From: Patescibacteria group bacterium
Lineage (GTDB): Bacteria; Patescibacteriota; Minisyncoccia; Phycocordibacterales; Phycocordibacteraceae
Length of the DNA stretch: 64,000 nucleotides
Assembly (NCBI GenBank): GCA_038064695.1
Contig: JBBTSO010000005.1
Span: 42,070-106,069, forward strand
Direction: 5' to 3'
Positions within the stretch are counted from its first letter, which is position 1; every line of letters begins with the position of its first letter. A model generated the notes under the pieces. It ran no database searches, had not been told where the DNA came from, and saw only the letters and a list, made by a program, of their open reading frames with translations. The translations under genes and the position numbers were made by a program. Shown here one piece after another: positions 27,514 through 36,969 of this stretch.

Positions 27514-27918
27514 ATGTTTATTCCAGTCATTATATTCCTTGCCAGTGCTACCTTTGGGGCGCCTACCGCGCTTTCTCAAAGTGAAAGTTACGCATTGGCT
27601 TCGAATCCTGAAACCCTCGGTGCGTACGTTCGTGAGTACTTCAGTGACACTCCTCTCTTGGCAGATATCGCATGGTGCGAAAGCCGCATGCGCCACTTGG
27701 ATAAGAATGGTCAGGTACTCCGCGGAACCGTAGACGGGGATGATGTTGGGGTGATGCAAATCAATACCCGATACCATGGGGAGAAAGCAGAAGAGCTCGG
27801 ACTCAACCTTTACTCGCTCCAGGGCAACCTAGAGTACGCAGAGTATCTCTACGAGAAGCAGGGCTCTAAGCCTTGGCTCGCCTCAAGCCCTTGTTGGGGT
27901 AAGCTAGCCGCAAAATAA
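27514..27918 (+). CDS. lytic transglycosylase-like (SLT/lysozyme-like domain) small secreted protein
   Basis: 134 aa with a signal peptide, the catalytic E-S pair (AWCESRMRHL) and GVMQIN, as in SLT-domain proteins. Confidence 0.65.
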   Translation: MFIPVIIFLASATFGAPTALSQSESYALASNPETLGAYVREYFSDTPLLADIAWCESRMRHLDKNGQVLRGTVDGDDVGVMQINTRYHGEKAEELGLNLYSLQGNLEYAEYLYEKQGSKPWLASSPCWGKLAAK

Positions 27919-27932
27919 AACTAACATAAAAA

Positions 27933-27957
27933 CCTCCCCGTGTGGGGAGGTTTTTTT
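27933..27957. terminator. bidirectional rho-independent terminator
   Basis: cctcccc-gtgt-ggggagg-ttttttt. Confidence 0.75.
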
Positions 27958-27980
27958 AATGCGGACAAGAAAAACAATAC

Positions 27981-28394
27981 TTATGCCATGGGCATTTCTT
28001 TTTTCATCATTTTCGCGTCAACACTGTAACGGCCAGCGCCTGACACAACAACGTAGAACATACCACCTGCAATAGCAAGGTTCTTCATAAACATCGTGCT
28101 CTGGAGTTGGTCAGCAAGGTTCATGTGGAAGAGGAACGCGGCGAGCAAAGTAAAAATACCTATTGCTAGCGCGGCGTATTTTGTTTTGAATCCTACCAAC
28201 AACATAATGCCTCCAATAAGTTCAATCACGATAACAAGTGCGGTAACGACCTCCGGGAAGGGAAGTACGGTACCAACCCAGGCAACGATAGCTACAAAAC
28301 CACCAATCTTTGCCCATCCTGCTGAAATAAAAATTAACGACATCAACACGCGCGAAACAAGCATCACCTCATCAGAATATTTTTTAATCATCAT
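27981..28394 (-). CDS. DoxX-family membrane protein
   Basis: 137 aa, 4 TM helices, DoxX-like (RVLMSLIFISAGWAKI...). Confidence 0.75.
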   Translation of the reverse strand: MMIKKYSDEVMLVSRVLMSLIFISAGWAKIGGFVAIVAWVGTVLPFPEVVTALVIVIELIGGIMLLVGFKTKYAALAIGIFTLLAAFLFHMNLADQLQSTMFMKNLAIAGGMFYVVVSGAGRYSVDAKMMKKEMPMA

Positions 28395-28727
28395 ATTTTT
28401 TAATTTTTAATACCCCTTTATTGTACAGGAAGAACTCAAGGGAAGGGGTTTCTTCAAGATAGATAATGTTCGCACAATATATCTTTTGCGCACTTTATAC
28501 AGAGAAAGAATTTCCCATAAACTGCGCAAAAAATGGCATCATTTCGCGAACGTTGGTACAACTACGCGAAAGGAATTACGCGCAGGTAAGGGAGTTTTGT
28601 GTATATCCCCGCTAAGAGATTGGTAGCAATAAAATGTCTAAGATAGAATTCTTGAACCTCTTCCCCAGTTTGTATAGATATTTGACTATTTTATAAAAAT
28701 GTGTTATTTATATAAAAGTAATATTAT

Positions 28728-29096
28728 ATGTCTGCTGAAGGACCATGCCAAGATTGTAAACGCGAAAAAAGTGAAGCTTTTTGGGCTCGCTTACTCCCTT
28801 TTTTAAATTTCATTAAATGGCCTGTATGGATTGGTGCTGCTTTAATAGCAACGAAGGCCGTGTATACCCTTCGCCAAAACCCTCAACACTTTTCTGACAT
28901 TCAAGAAGAAGTAGCAGACGGAGTTACTTCGTCGTTTTCTGCCGCGGCCTCATCAGTCCGTAACGCATTTGTTGAAGCACTTGATCCGGTTGCGCAGCTT
29001 CTGATGCATTCTACTTTTTTTGCTCTTGGCGGCATTGGGATTGCACTGGTTGCTAACTTTTTTCACCAAGCACGGCCAAACAGCGAACGGTCGTAG
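28728..29096 (+). CDS. hypothetical membrane protein (122 aa)
   Basis: ORF with two TM segments. Confidence 0.35.
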   Translation: MSAEGPCQDCKREKSEAFWARLLPFLNFIKWPVWIGAALIATKAVYTLRQNPQHFSDIQEEVADGVTSSFSAAASSVRNAFVEALDPVAQLLMHSTFFALGGIGIALVANFFHQARPNSERS

Positions 29097-29132
29097 GCGT
29101 AACCCACCCTTTGAGGAGCGAGTCATAAAGGT

Positions 29133-29354
29133 ATGGACTCGTTTATCGATGAAACCTTCCATAAAGAGCTTCAAGCCCATAAAGACCCTGTAGCGGTGTC
29201 AGAAGCGCTTAAAACGAATGAAGGGGTTCATTTGGCAGAGGAGTTCCTAGAAAGCGTCCTTCCAATGCCATACGGCTTAAGTGCAACCGGTGAGTCAGCT
29301 CCAGAAGAGCTTGCCATGCTCGTTTTAGAACATATAGTTTTCCCCTACCTGTAG
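29133..29354 (+). CDS. hypothetical small protein (73 aa)
   Basis: ORF only. Confidence 0.25.
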   Translation: MDSFIDETFHKELQAHKDPVAVSEALKTNEGVHLAEEFLESVLPMPYGLSATGESAPEELAMLVLEHIVFPYL

Positions 29355-29381
29355 TATTGACAAACTTGTGGTTATGATATA

Positions 29382-29642
29382 ATGCTTTTTATGATTCCTC
29401 ACCCAGAAAGAATTTTAACTCCAGAAGTTATTTTTGAAACAGGCGTGCGTGAAGCGCGGCGTCCTGGTGTTGACCTGGAATATGGCGCGCGTACGAGCAA
29501 CATGGTGTTTCGGGAAACAGGAGGTACCGACTCCCCTCTCATGCAATTTTTAACCGAGGGTGAGTTTGGTGCGGTGTATTGGAAAAGTTTTGAAGAGCGC
29601 GCAGAATTAATTCAAGAATTTTTCTCAGTCCTATTTTTCTAG
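29382..29642 (+). CDS. hypothetical small protein (86 aa)
   Basis: ORF only. Confidence 0.25.
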   Translation: MLFMIPHPERILTPEVIFETGVREARRPGVDLEYGARTSNMVFRETGGTDSPLMQFLTEGEFGAVYWKSFEERAELIQEFFSVLFF

Positions 29643-29663
29643 TGGTACTGCAATAAATAGCAA

Positions 29664-29687
29664 AAACCCCGTTTAGGCGGGGTTTTT
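29664..29687. terminator. bidirectional rho-independent terminator
   Basis: aaaccccg-tttagg-cggggttttt. Confidence 0.75.
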
Positions 29688-29698
29688 GCTGTAAATCT

Positions 29699-29905
29699 CT
29701 ACATTGCCGAGCACTGCTTGCAGTCTTTCTTGTGAGTGAACACCAAGTAAAGTGCTGAAAGTCCAACCAAAATGTAGACAATCTGTTCTACACCTCCTAA
29801 CCCTCCTACGAGCATATGAACAGCATTGTATCCGAACGCCATCAACCCCCAGTTAAGACCACCAATGATAACTAATATGAAACTTACTGCGTGAGCGTAT
29901 TTCAT
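29699..29905 (-). CDS. DUF378-family small membrane protein
   Basis: 68 aa, 2 TM helices, GLNWGL motif. Confidence 0.65.
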   Translation of the reverse strand: MKYAHAVSFILVIIGGLNWGLMAFGYNAVHMLVGGLGGVEQIVYILVGLSALYLVFTHKKDCKQCSAM

Positions 29906-29989
29906 TTCGTGTCGTTTAAACTAATAATGCTACCTATTCATTAAACACCAGATTCCGAGGTTAGAAGGACGGGCTGTGCATAGCTTTTT

Positions 29990-31372
29990 TTATAGGTACG
30001 AAAGCGGGTTTAGATACCCGCTGGTTCCCGCAACAGGAATGCGGGCGTTAGCACAGTTTGTTTTTGTCTTTAAATCTCCCAAACGGACTATCTGTACAGC
30101 GTCAGACGCTAAAACCGTGAAGTGCAGGTGTGGTCCCGTTGAATAACCCGTGTTGCCTGAATATCCTAAAAGTCCTCCTGTGGCAACCGCCTCTCCTTGG
30201 CTGATACTGATGTGGGAGAGGTGCGCGTAGAGCGACGAGAGGCCGTTGGCATGACGGACCAAAACCCACTTGCCGTAACTGTAACAACCCTTTATTTCGT
30301 CCGTATTCCCTGTTGCTTCAACAATTCCGGAGAGTGACGAAATTACTTTTGTTCCTTCAGGGGCGCCAAAATCAATGCCGTTGTGGCCGCTCCCGTTGTA
30401 GGCGCCACTTTTCGCAAAGGTGGTGTTACCGAAGTACTGCGTGAGACAGTATAAGTTTCCAAACGTGCTTTTACGATCCGCACACCGGCTCATAAATTTT
30501 TCGTCCAGTGGAAATGAAAGCACCCCACTCCCCGCCGCGGGAATTTTAGAAGGGTCAAGCGTATATTCAAGCTGTGCTTCAAAGTCACGAATTTCCGATT
30601 CCAACTGTTCACGTGCAGTTTTTTTTTCGTTAAGTAGTTTTTGATACTCGGTCTCTTTACTTTTGGTAGCGCCCAAAACGGTGGACTGAGCTTTTTTGTT
30701 TTGATCGAGAACTGTTTTTTGTCCCGTGAGCTCTTTTTTAAATGACACTAACTGCCCTTGTTTTTTAGCAAGTTCTGTATAGTCAATTTGGAGTGATTCG
30801 CGAATTGCCGTGAGTTCCACTACCTCATCGCTGAGTGCTGTTTGCACGCGACGGAGACGATCTGATTCTTCCCACGCGAGAGAAAAATTTGCTCCGGCGA
30901 GAAAATGTTCAATGAGCGTGGTGTCGTCTATTTTTGAAATGAGGCGCAGCGATTTTTGTATGACGTTATTGCTCTCCACAATACGACGTTCTTTGTCTTC
31001 GATTTCTGTGCCGATTTCTTCTAATTGAAGCCCGGTGGTTGCGATCCGGTTTTCGGTTACCGCAATGTCGGTGGCGATTTTTTTACGTGAGAGGTCAAGT
31101 CGAGCAATTTCAGCTTCTAATGTTTTTCGATCCGCTCCCACTTTGGTGAGCTCCGCTTCGTACTTTGCAATTTCAGCTTCAAGAGCCGCGAGTTGCTCTG
31201 TTCGTTCAGTTATTTTACTTTGCAACTCTGAAACGACATCGGCGTGTACAGGAACAGGGACAGCAAAGAGTATAGAGTATAGAGTATAGAGTATGAAAAA
31301 ACAGGAGACAAAAAAACGATTACGCGTGAGCGAGTTTTGAAATGGCAGTGTGAATGCGCCGTATCGTTTCAT
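29990..31372 (-). CDS. M23 family metallopeptidase with an N-terminal coiled coil (EnvC/LytM-like murein endopeptidase)
   Basis: 460 aa with a signal/TM, a long coiled coil and a C-terminal M23 domain (HNGIDFGAPEGT ... HLHF). Its start overlaps the gltX 3' end by 52 nt. Confidence 0.85.
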   Translation of the reverse strand: MKRYGAFTLPFQNSLTRNRFFVSCFFILYTLYSILFAVPVPVHADVVSELQSKITERTEQLAALEAEIAKYEAELTKVGADRKTLEAEIARLDLSRKKIATDIAVTENRIATTGLQLEEIGTEIEDKERRIVESNNVIQKSLRLISKIDDTTLIEHFLAGANFSLAWEESDRLRRVQTALSDEVVELTAIRESLQIDYTELAKKQGQLVSFKKELTGQKTVLDQNKKAQSTVLGATKSKETEYQKLLNEKKTAREQLESEIRDFEAQLEYTLDPSKIPAAGSGVLSFPLDEKFMSRCADRKSTFGNLYCLTQYFGNTTFAKSGAYNGSGHNGIDFGAPEGTKVISSLSGIVEATGNTDEIKGCYSYGKWVLVRHANGLSSLYAHLSHISISQGEAVATGGLLGYSGNTGYSTGPHLHFTVLASDAVQIVRLGDLKTKTNCANARIPVAGTSGYLNPLSYL

Positions 31373-32669
31373 CTTTTCCTAGTATACCAGCGACCTCAAA
31401 CGGGTCCGGTGATTTATCTTTTCCAGTCAATGCAAAGCGAAAAGGCCACAGTACACTTCCCTTCCCTGCCGCTTCCGCGTAACTCCAGACGGCTTCACGG
31501 ACCGATTCTTTCGTCCACGTGCCCTCAGGGATTTTTGATACTGCTCCCAGTGTCGCTTCCAGATGTGTTTTTGTAACCGCAAGGTCAGGATCTTGTTTCC
31601 ATTTCAATTTCTCCGCTTCATAAATGGGAGCTTCAACAAGGTACTCAAGCTCGCCCGACTCCTCAAGGGCACGGATGTCGTCGTACGTTTCAATGCGTTC
31701 ACGTAAGAGAGAAAGAATAACCTCTGTTTGACCGGACTCTTTTAAAATGCCTTGCATGCGTTTTGAAAGGAATGGCAATCCTTCAGCGATAAAACGATCA
31801 CTCGAAATTTTCTTCAGGTGTTCGCGATTAAACCAACGAAGTTTTACTTCATCAAAAATGGCTCCCGACTTTTGTACTTGATCTAAGCTAAAACGTTCTA
31901 CGAGTTCTTCTTTTGAAAAAATTTCCTCAACACCTCCTGTGTTCCAACCCAAACTTGCAATGTAATTCAAAAGTGCTTCAGGGAGAAATCCAAGGTCACG
32001 ATATTCAGAAACCGCGCGCGCTCCTTTGCGTTTAGAAAGTTTTGAACGGTCGGGGGCAAGGACGAGCGGAAGGTGCGCGTAGGTCGGGATCGTGGCGCCA
32101 AGCGCTTCGTAAATAAGAATTTGGCGTGGCGTGTTAGAAATGTGATCATCTCCACGAATGACGTGATTGACCCCCGTCAGCGCGTCGTCAGCAACGACAG
32201 TTAAATGGAAGAGTGGCTCGGTAAAGCTTTTGGCGATGACGAAGTCTCCGAGGTCGGTGGTGTTCATGGTAATGGGACCGCGTATAGCGTCCGTGAACGT
32301 GACCACTTTATTTTGATTTCTGAATCGAACAAGTTCCCGTGTAACGCCATCTTCGCCTTTTTCTGGTGACACGTATGCCTGGTTTCTATTCACCAAATTT
32401 TTAATGATTGATTCGTGCTCTTTTACCCACTCACTCTGGCGGTGGAGGTAGTCGTATGAAAGACCCAACCAAGACATGGTTTCTAAAATGTTATCTTCGT
32501 AGACTTTCTTTGAGCGAATGCGGTCCGTGTCTTCAATACGGAGAATAAATGTTCCTTCATGGTGCCGCGCAAAGAGGTAGGCAAACACCGCGGTTCGATA
32601 CGTTCCGGCATGAAAAAGACCCGTAGGACTTGGTGCAAAACGTGTGACCACTTGCGGTTTAATTTTCAT
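31320..32669 (-). CDS. gltX: glutamate--tRNA ligase
   Basis: 449 aa, class I motifs: HIGN-like (HAGTYR) and KMSKS-like (SKLSKR). Confidence 0.88.
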   Translation of the reverse strand: MKIKPQVVTRFAPSPTGLFHAGTYRTAVFAYLFARHHEGTFILRIEDTDRIRSKKVYEDNILETMSWLGLSYDYLHRQSEWVKEHESIIKNLVNRNQAYVSPEKGEDGVTRELVRFRNQNKVVTFTDAIRGPITMNTTDLGDFVIAKSFTEPLFHLTVVADDALTGVNHVIRGDDHISNTPRQILIYEALGATIPTYAHLPLVLAPDRSKLSKRKGARAVSEYRDLGFLPEALLNYIASLGWNTGGVEEIFSKEELVERFSLDQVQKSGAIFDEVKLRWFNREHLKKISSDRFIAEGLPFLSKRMQGILKESGQTEVILSLLRERIETYDDIRALEESGELEYLVEAPIYEAEKLKWKQDPDLAVTKTHLEATLGAVSKIPEGTWTKESVREAVWSYAEAAGKGSVLWPFRFALTGKDKSPDPFEVAGILGKDETIRRIHTAISKLAHA

Positions 32670-32719
32670 AAAAAGTCCTTACAGTGTAACGCCAAAGGGC
32701 GCTGTTGGGAATGCGTTTT

Positions 32720-33859
32720 TTAAGTCTCGTGTTCTAGGGCGGTGTCTAAAACGGCAGTGGCGAGTGCATGTGCGGCGTCGGGTTTTGCGAATTTTTTTGC
32801 TGCTTCCGCCATGTCAGTGCGCGCTTTCGGATTGGTGAAAAGTCGGTCAATTTCCGCAACGAGAATATTCGGCGAGAGGTTTCCTTGCTCAATAACCACC
32901 GTAGCCCCCGCGTGCGCGTAGGCAAAGGCGTTCACGCGTTGGTCCCGACTCACTGATTCAGGAATGGGAATTATGATGGAGGCCTTCCCCCACGCAGCGA
33001 TTTCAAATATGCTACCGCTCCCCGCGCGACTCACCACCACGTCAGCGGCTCCCGCTGCCATTTTCAAGGCGAGCGAAGAAAGAAATCCGAATGATTTGTA
33101 GCGGTAGCGGCGTTCGTTTTGTTCCAAAATAACGCGCGCCGTATCTCGTATTACTTCAAAGTTTTTTTCACCGGTCTGATGTACCACCTGATACTTACTA
33201 ATGAGCTGTGGAAGCGCGGTAAGCACCGTGTCATTTATTTTTTCAGAACCGGTTGATCCTCCTAGAATTAAAATAGTAGGAATATTTTTTTCAAGTTCTA
33301 AAAATTCATGTGCTCCGTCACGCGCCGGGTTTCTCACCCCTTCGCGCACGGGGTTTCCAATAACTGCTGTTTTTTCTTTGACCTTCTCTGGCAGGTGTTC
33401 CAAGGCGTCGTTGTAGGAGAGGGCTATTTTTTTTGCAAAAGGAGCGGCAAGAAGCGTGGCGCGCCCAGGGGTTGCGTCTGAGTCGTGGAGAATTACGGGA
33501 ATACCCAGAATGCGTGATGCCATGAGCGTGGGAACCGCGCCGTATCCTCCCTTTGAAACCACCACGTCGGGGTACACCGAGTAGAGTTTAAAGAGTGTAT
33601 CAACAATACCAAAAAATGTTTTAAAAATATCTAAAAAATTCATCACTGAAAAATAGCGGCGCATTTTCCCCGCGGGAGTTTGAATAAACGTAATGTTGTT
33701 TTCAAAAAGAATTCGTTCGTCAAATGGAGCGGGTGCAAAAAAGTATAATTCTGGTTGTATAATTTTCCGCTCTTTGACGATTTTTTGTATTTCTTCGGCG
33801 ACAGCAATAATGGGGTAAAAGTGCCCCCCTGTTCCTCCACCGGTGAAAACGATGCGCAT
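32720..33859 (-). CDS. murG: MurG, undecaprenyldiphospho-muramoylpentapeptide beta-N-acetylglucosaminyltransferase
   Basis: MRIVFTGGGTGGHFYP N-terminal signature. The start is taken inside the longer ORF. Confidence 0.9.
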   Translation of the reverse strand: MRIVFTGGGTGGHFYPIIAVAEEIQKIVKERKIIQPELYFFAPAPFDERILFENNITFIQTPAGKMRRYFSVMNFLDIFKTFFGIVDTLFKLYSVYPDVVVSKGGYGAVPTLMASRILGIPVILHDSDATPGRATLLAAPFAKKIALSYNDALEHLPEKVKEKTAVIGNPVREGVRNPARDGAHEFLELEKNIPTILILGGSTGSEKINDTVLTALPQLISKYQVVHQTGEKNFEVIRDTARVILEQNERRYRYKSFGFLSSLALKMAAGAADVVVSRAGSGSIFEIAAWGKASIIIPIPESVSRDQRVNAFAYAHAGATVVIEQGNLSPNILVAEIDRLFTNPKARTDMAEAAKKFAKPDAAHALATAVLDTALEHET

Positions 33860-33866
33860 AGTGTGT

Positions 33867-34964
33867 TCAAGTGCGCGCGTAGCGCGAGATTTGTAACATG
33901 ATACCGACCGAGGCAAGTGCCATCGCCAGGGCGCTCCCGCCGTGACTGATGAAAATCAGAGGGAGTCCTGAAAGTGGAAATACCGCGAGCATGGCACCAA
34001 TGTTTAAAAACGATTGGACCGAGATCAGTATAGCAATTCCTACGACCACGAGTCCACTGAACAAATCGGGGGTACGAGCAGCTATAAACAGTGATCGCAG
34101 TGCAAAGGTAAGAAATCCCAAGACCAAAACAACGCTCCCCACAAACCCAAATTCTTCAGCGAACACCGCGAAAATAGAGTCTGAGGTTGGCTCAGGGAGC
34201 GTGGTGAATTTTTGTATGCTCTGACCAAAACCACGCCCTAACACTTGCCCGCTTCCGACCGCAATGAGCGACTTTTGAATTTGGTACCCCGCTCCCTGAG
34301 GGTCTTTCGCGGGATCTAGAAATGTTTGTATACGATCAAGCGCGTGAGGGTGCGTGACAATAAATCCCGACAGGGCAATCACGCCTGCAAGGGCGAGAAT
34401 CCCCATATCCTTAAAACGCGCTCCTGAAGCAAAGAACATTGCCCCTCCAGCGCTTCCTATAACCAAAAAGGTCCCCATATCGGGCTGTAACAGCAGTAAA
34501 AGCGCCACCACGGAGGTAATAGCCACAAACGGCCCAATACGCACCAGAAACGGAATATTCGCCTTACGGCGCTGTGAGAGCCAGGTTGCCAGGTAGAGTA
34601 CGTATCCAATTTTTAGTGCTTCAGCGGGTTGAAAGGTGGTAAACCCAAAATCAAGCCAACTTCGTGCTCCATTCAATTCGATTCCCAGTGGGGTGAAAAC
34701 AAGGAGACACAAAACACAGGCAAGAATAAAAATATAAAAAGAATACTGTTTCCAAAAACGATACGGGATATTGCTCGTCACAAAAAGTGCAATGAGTCCG
34801 CCAACGATACCTAAGAGTAGTTGCGAAGTGGCGATATCGGCAAATTCCGCTCCCTCGCGTGCTAAGAGCCCTAGTGATGCTGAGAGAAAAATCAAAAAGC
34901 CACCAATAACAAGCGCCAGTGTCGCAAAGAGAATGTACGAATCAACCGCTCGCTTTTTAGCCAT
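33867..34964 (-). CDS. ftsW: SEDS-family peptidoglycan glycosyltransferase (FtsW/RodA)
   Basis: 365 aa, about 10 TM helices, positioned immediately upstream of murG. Confidence 0.85.
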   Translation of the reverse strand: MAKKRAVDSYILFATLALVIGGFLIFLSASLGLLAREGAEFADIATSQLLLGIVGGLIALFVTSNIPYRFWKQYSFYIFILACVLCLLVFTPLGIELNGARSWLDFGFTTFQPAEALKIGYVLYLATWLSQRRKANIPFLVRIGPFVAITSVVALLLLLQPDMGTFLVIGSAGGAMFFASGARFKDMGILALAGVIALSGFIVTHPHALDRIQTFLDPAKDPQGAGYQIQKSLIAVGSGQVLGRGFGQSIQKFTTLPEPTSDSIFAVFAEEFGFVGSVVLVLGFLTFALRSLFIAARTPDLFSGLVVVGIAILISVQSFLNIGAMLAVFPLSGLPLIFISHGGSALAMALASVGIMLQISRYART

Positions 34965-34977
34965 TTTTTAATAGTAC

Positions 34978-35112
34978 ACCCCGTTAGAAATCTTTAAAAG
35001 AAAAATTACCATATAAAGTAATTTTTCTTTGTGAAAAATCAACATTTCCTTAAACTTTGAATTTGCATACCACTGCTATTCGACTCATTGTGAATTAGAT
35101 TTCTAACGGGGT
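34978..35112. repeat. inverted-repeat element (16-bp perfect arms about 100 bp apart, with a nested 11-bp hairpin)
   Basis: accccgttagaaatct at 34978-34993 pairs with agatttctaacggggt at 35097-35112. Inside, agaaaaattac-catataaa-gtaatttttct lies at 34999-35028. Confidence 0.6.
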
Positions 35113-35174
35113 ACACCACTCCCCTTCTCATTCGGGTCTATTTTCCTGTGGTTTGTTGTAATTAAAATACGCCA

Positions 35175-35906
35175 CTAACGGGAAGCTTTTTGCAGGTACA
35201 GCACGAAGTAATTTCGTTTGTAGAGCACTCCTTCAAAGCGCGTGTAGTGGTGTTTCTTCTCTTTTTTTATCAACAAAAATGACTCGTACAACGCAAGAAT
35301 ATCCTGCTCGGTGAACACTCGTTCATGAAAGTTACTTTTAGGCATAAGGTACGTATCCTTTTCTTTCCACGGGTGTTCTTTCAAAAGAGCGTGTGCATTT
35401 TTATCGCCATCTTTGCACAACGCGCGAACAAAGAGCCATCCTCCCGGTTTTAAAACGCGATGTATTTCTGACACGTACACACGCCGTTCGCCTTCGGTAA
35501 GTGAGTTAGATGACATCACATCAAGAACAATGTCTATACTTTGATCAGGAAGCGGGTATGGTTTTCCTATGTTCTGTTCAAAAAAAGTGACGGTACTTTT
35601 AGTTTCAACCACACGAGCGCGTGCGCTTTGAAGCGCGTTTCGTGCAATGTCGTATCCAATAACGGTTGCTCCAAGACTCTCAAAAAAGAATGCGTGCTTC
35701 CCTACCCCGCAGCCAAGGTCAAGTACGTGTGCGTCGGTGAAATCAACATCAGTTTTTTTGCGTAAAAATCGAGCAAAATTTTTCACCTCCTGAGAAGGCT
35801 CCATGCTTCCGCTCACAAAACGTTTTTTGCTGTATTCTTCCTCCCACGCTTTTTGTTGGTACGGTGACACTGTTTTATCCCAAAAGTGCAAAGGCAACAC
35901 CCGCAA
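35175..35906 (-). CDS. class I SAM-dependent methyltransferase
   Basis: 243 aa with motif I (VLDLGCGVGKH) and post-I (IGYDIA). Confidence 0.75.
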   Translation of the reverse strand: MRVLPLHFWDKTVSPYQQKAWEEEYSKKRFVSGSMEPSQEVKNFARFLRKKTDVDFTDAHVLDLGCGVGKHAFFFESLGATVIGYDIARNALQSARARVVETKSTVTFFEQNIGKPYPLPDQSIDIVLDVMSSNSLTEGERRVYVSEIHRVLKPGGWLFVRALCKDGDKNAHALLKEHPWKEKDTYLMPKSNFHERVFTEQDILALYESFLLIKKEKKHHYTRFEGVLYKRNYFVLYLQKASR

Positions 35907-36969
35907 ACGCGAGTACAGCGGTTAAGACCCAGTAACGCATGGTTACTTTGTAGGCTGGCCAGCCTAGCGCTTCAAAATGGTGGTGGAGTGGCGCGACACG
36001 AAACACTTTTTTCCCGAACCACTTTTTTGATGCCACCTGAATAATGTTTGAGAGTACTGTTCCCGAGAGTGGCAATGCAATGATGCCAAGGGTAAGAAAA
36101 CCGTGTCCTTCGCCCAAGGTGTCGGTCATAAAGGCAATGGTGGCGAGCGTGATGGTGAGACCCATCGTACCCGTTTCAGACATATAAAACCGCGCGGGAG
36201 GAATATTGAACCAGAGAAAGGCAAGAATGCCGCCCGCGATCGTTGCCGCAAACGCGGCTAAGTCAATTTGGTTTTGAAAAAAGGCAATACCGGCGTACGC
36301 GCCAAAAATAATGGCAAACACGCCTCCCGCGAGTCCATCGATGCCATCAATAACGCCTGACGCGTAAAAAAACAAAACGGTTAACACAAAGAGCGGCACG
36401 ATGAGCCACCCAATTTCTAGCGGAGCGTTAAAAGGAATGCCGATAGCAGTCACATCCAATTTATCAAAAAACCACCACCCGGCTCCGAGCGCCAATATTC
36501 CGACCGAGAGCAGACGAACGCGAAGCGATAGGCCTTTTGAAAAACCCGCTTGTGTTTGAATTTCAAGAAAGTCATCAGCGAGTCCAATAAGAGAACCCGC
36601 GCCGAGGAGGATGAGCGGAACCCACGTTTGGTTGCGTGAGAGAAAATTGAGTTTTTCAAAAATACTTCCCTCGTAGAGCATGCCCAAAATCCACAAAACA
36701 AAAATAGCAATAAAGACGCTTGCCCAAATAATAATACCCCCCATGCGCGGAGTGTTTGTTTCTTTATTTTTATGGAGTTCGTTAAACACCAAGGCCTCTT
36801 TTCCTTCCAAATCTACTTTCCCCGCGCTTTTTTTCCATGCGCGATGTTTATACAAAAAATGAGTTAAAAAAGGTGTAACCACTATGCCGGTGGTAAACGC
36901 AAATACCGCGGGAACAAAGACTTTTATAACATCAAGGAGTGCGGGATCCATAGGCGCTACTTTTTGCAA
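35875..36969 (-). CDS. mraY: phospho-N-acetylmuramoyl-pentapeptide transferase MraY
   Basis: 364 aa polytopic protein with MraY conserved blocks (PRMGGIIIW, DDF.E, HHHFE). Confidence 0.9.
   Translation of the reverse strand: MQKVAPMDPALLDVIKVFVPAVFAFTTGIVVTPFLTHFLYKHRAWKKSAGKVDLEGKEALVFNELHKNKETNTPRMGGIIIWASVFIAIFVLWILGMLYEGSIFEKLNFLSRNQTWVPLILLGAGSLIGLADDFLEIQTQAGFSKGLSLRVRLLSVGILALGAGWWFFDKLDVTAIGIPFNAPLEIGWLIVPLFVLTVLFFYASGVIDGIDGLAGGVFAIIFGAYAGIAFFQNQIDLAAFAATIAGGILAFLWFNIPPARFYMSETGTMGLTITLATIAFMTDTLGEGHGFLTLGIIALPLSGTVLSNIIQVASKKWFGKKVFRVAPLHHHFEALGWPAYKVTMRYWVLTAVLAFAGVAFALLG

Noticed and set aside
29906-29989. Terminator-like GC hairpin + T7 run after the M23 gene on the + strand
   Set aside because: The stem is only 4 bp. 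There is no + strand gene upstream to terminate, and the minus-strand orientation lacks a U-tract.
31260-31300. AGAGTAT x4 tandem repeat
   Set aside because: It lies inside the M23 peptidase coding region, where it encodes the hydrophobic signal segment ILYTLYSILF on the minus strand. This is probably coding-sequence repetition, not a regulatory repeat.
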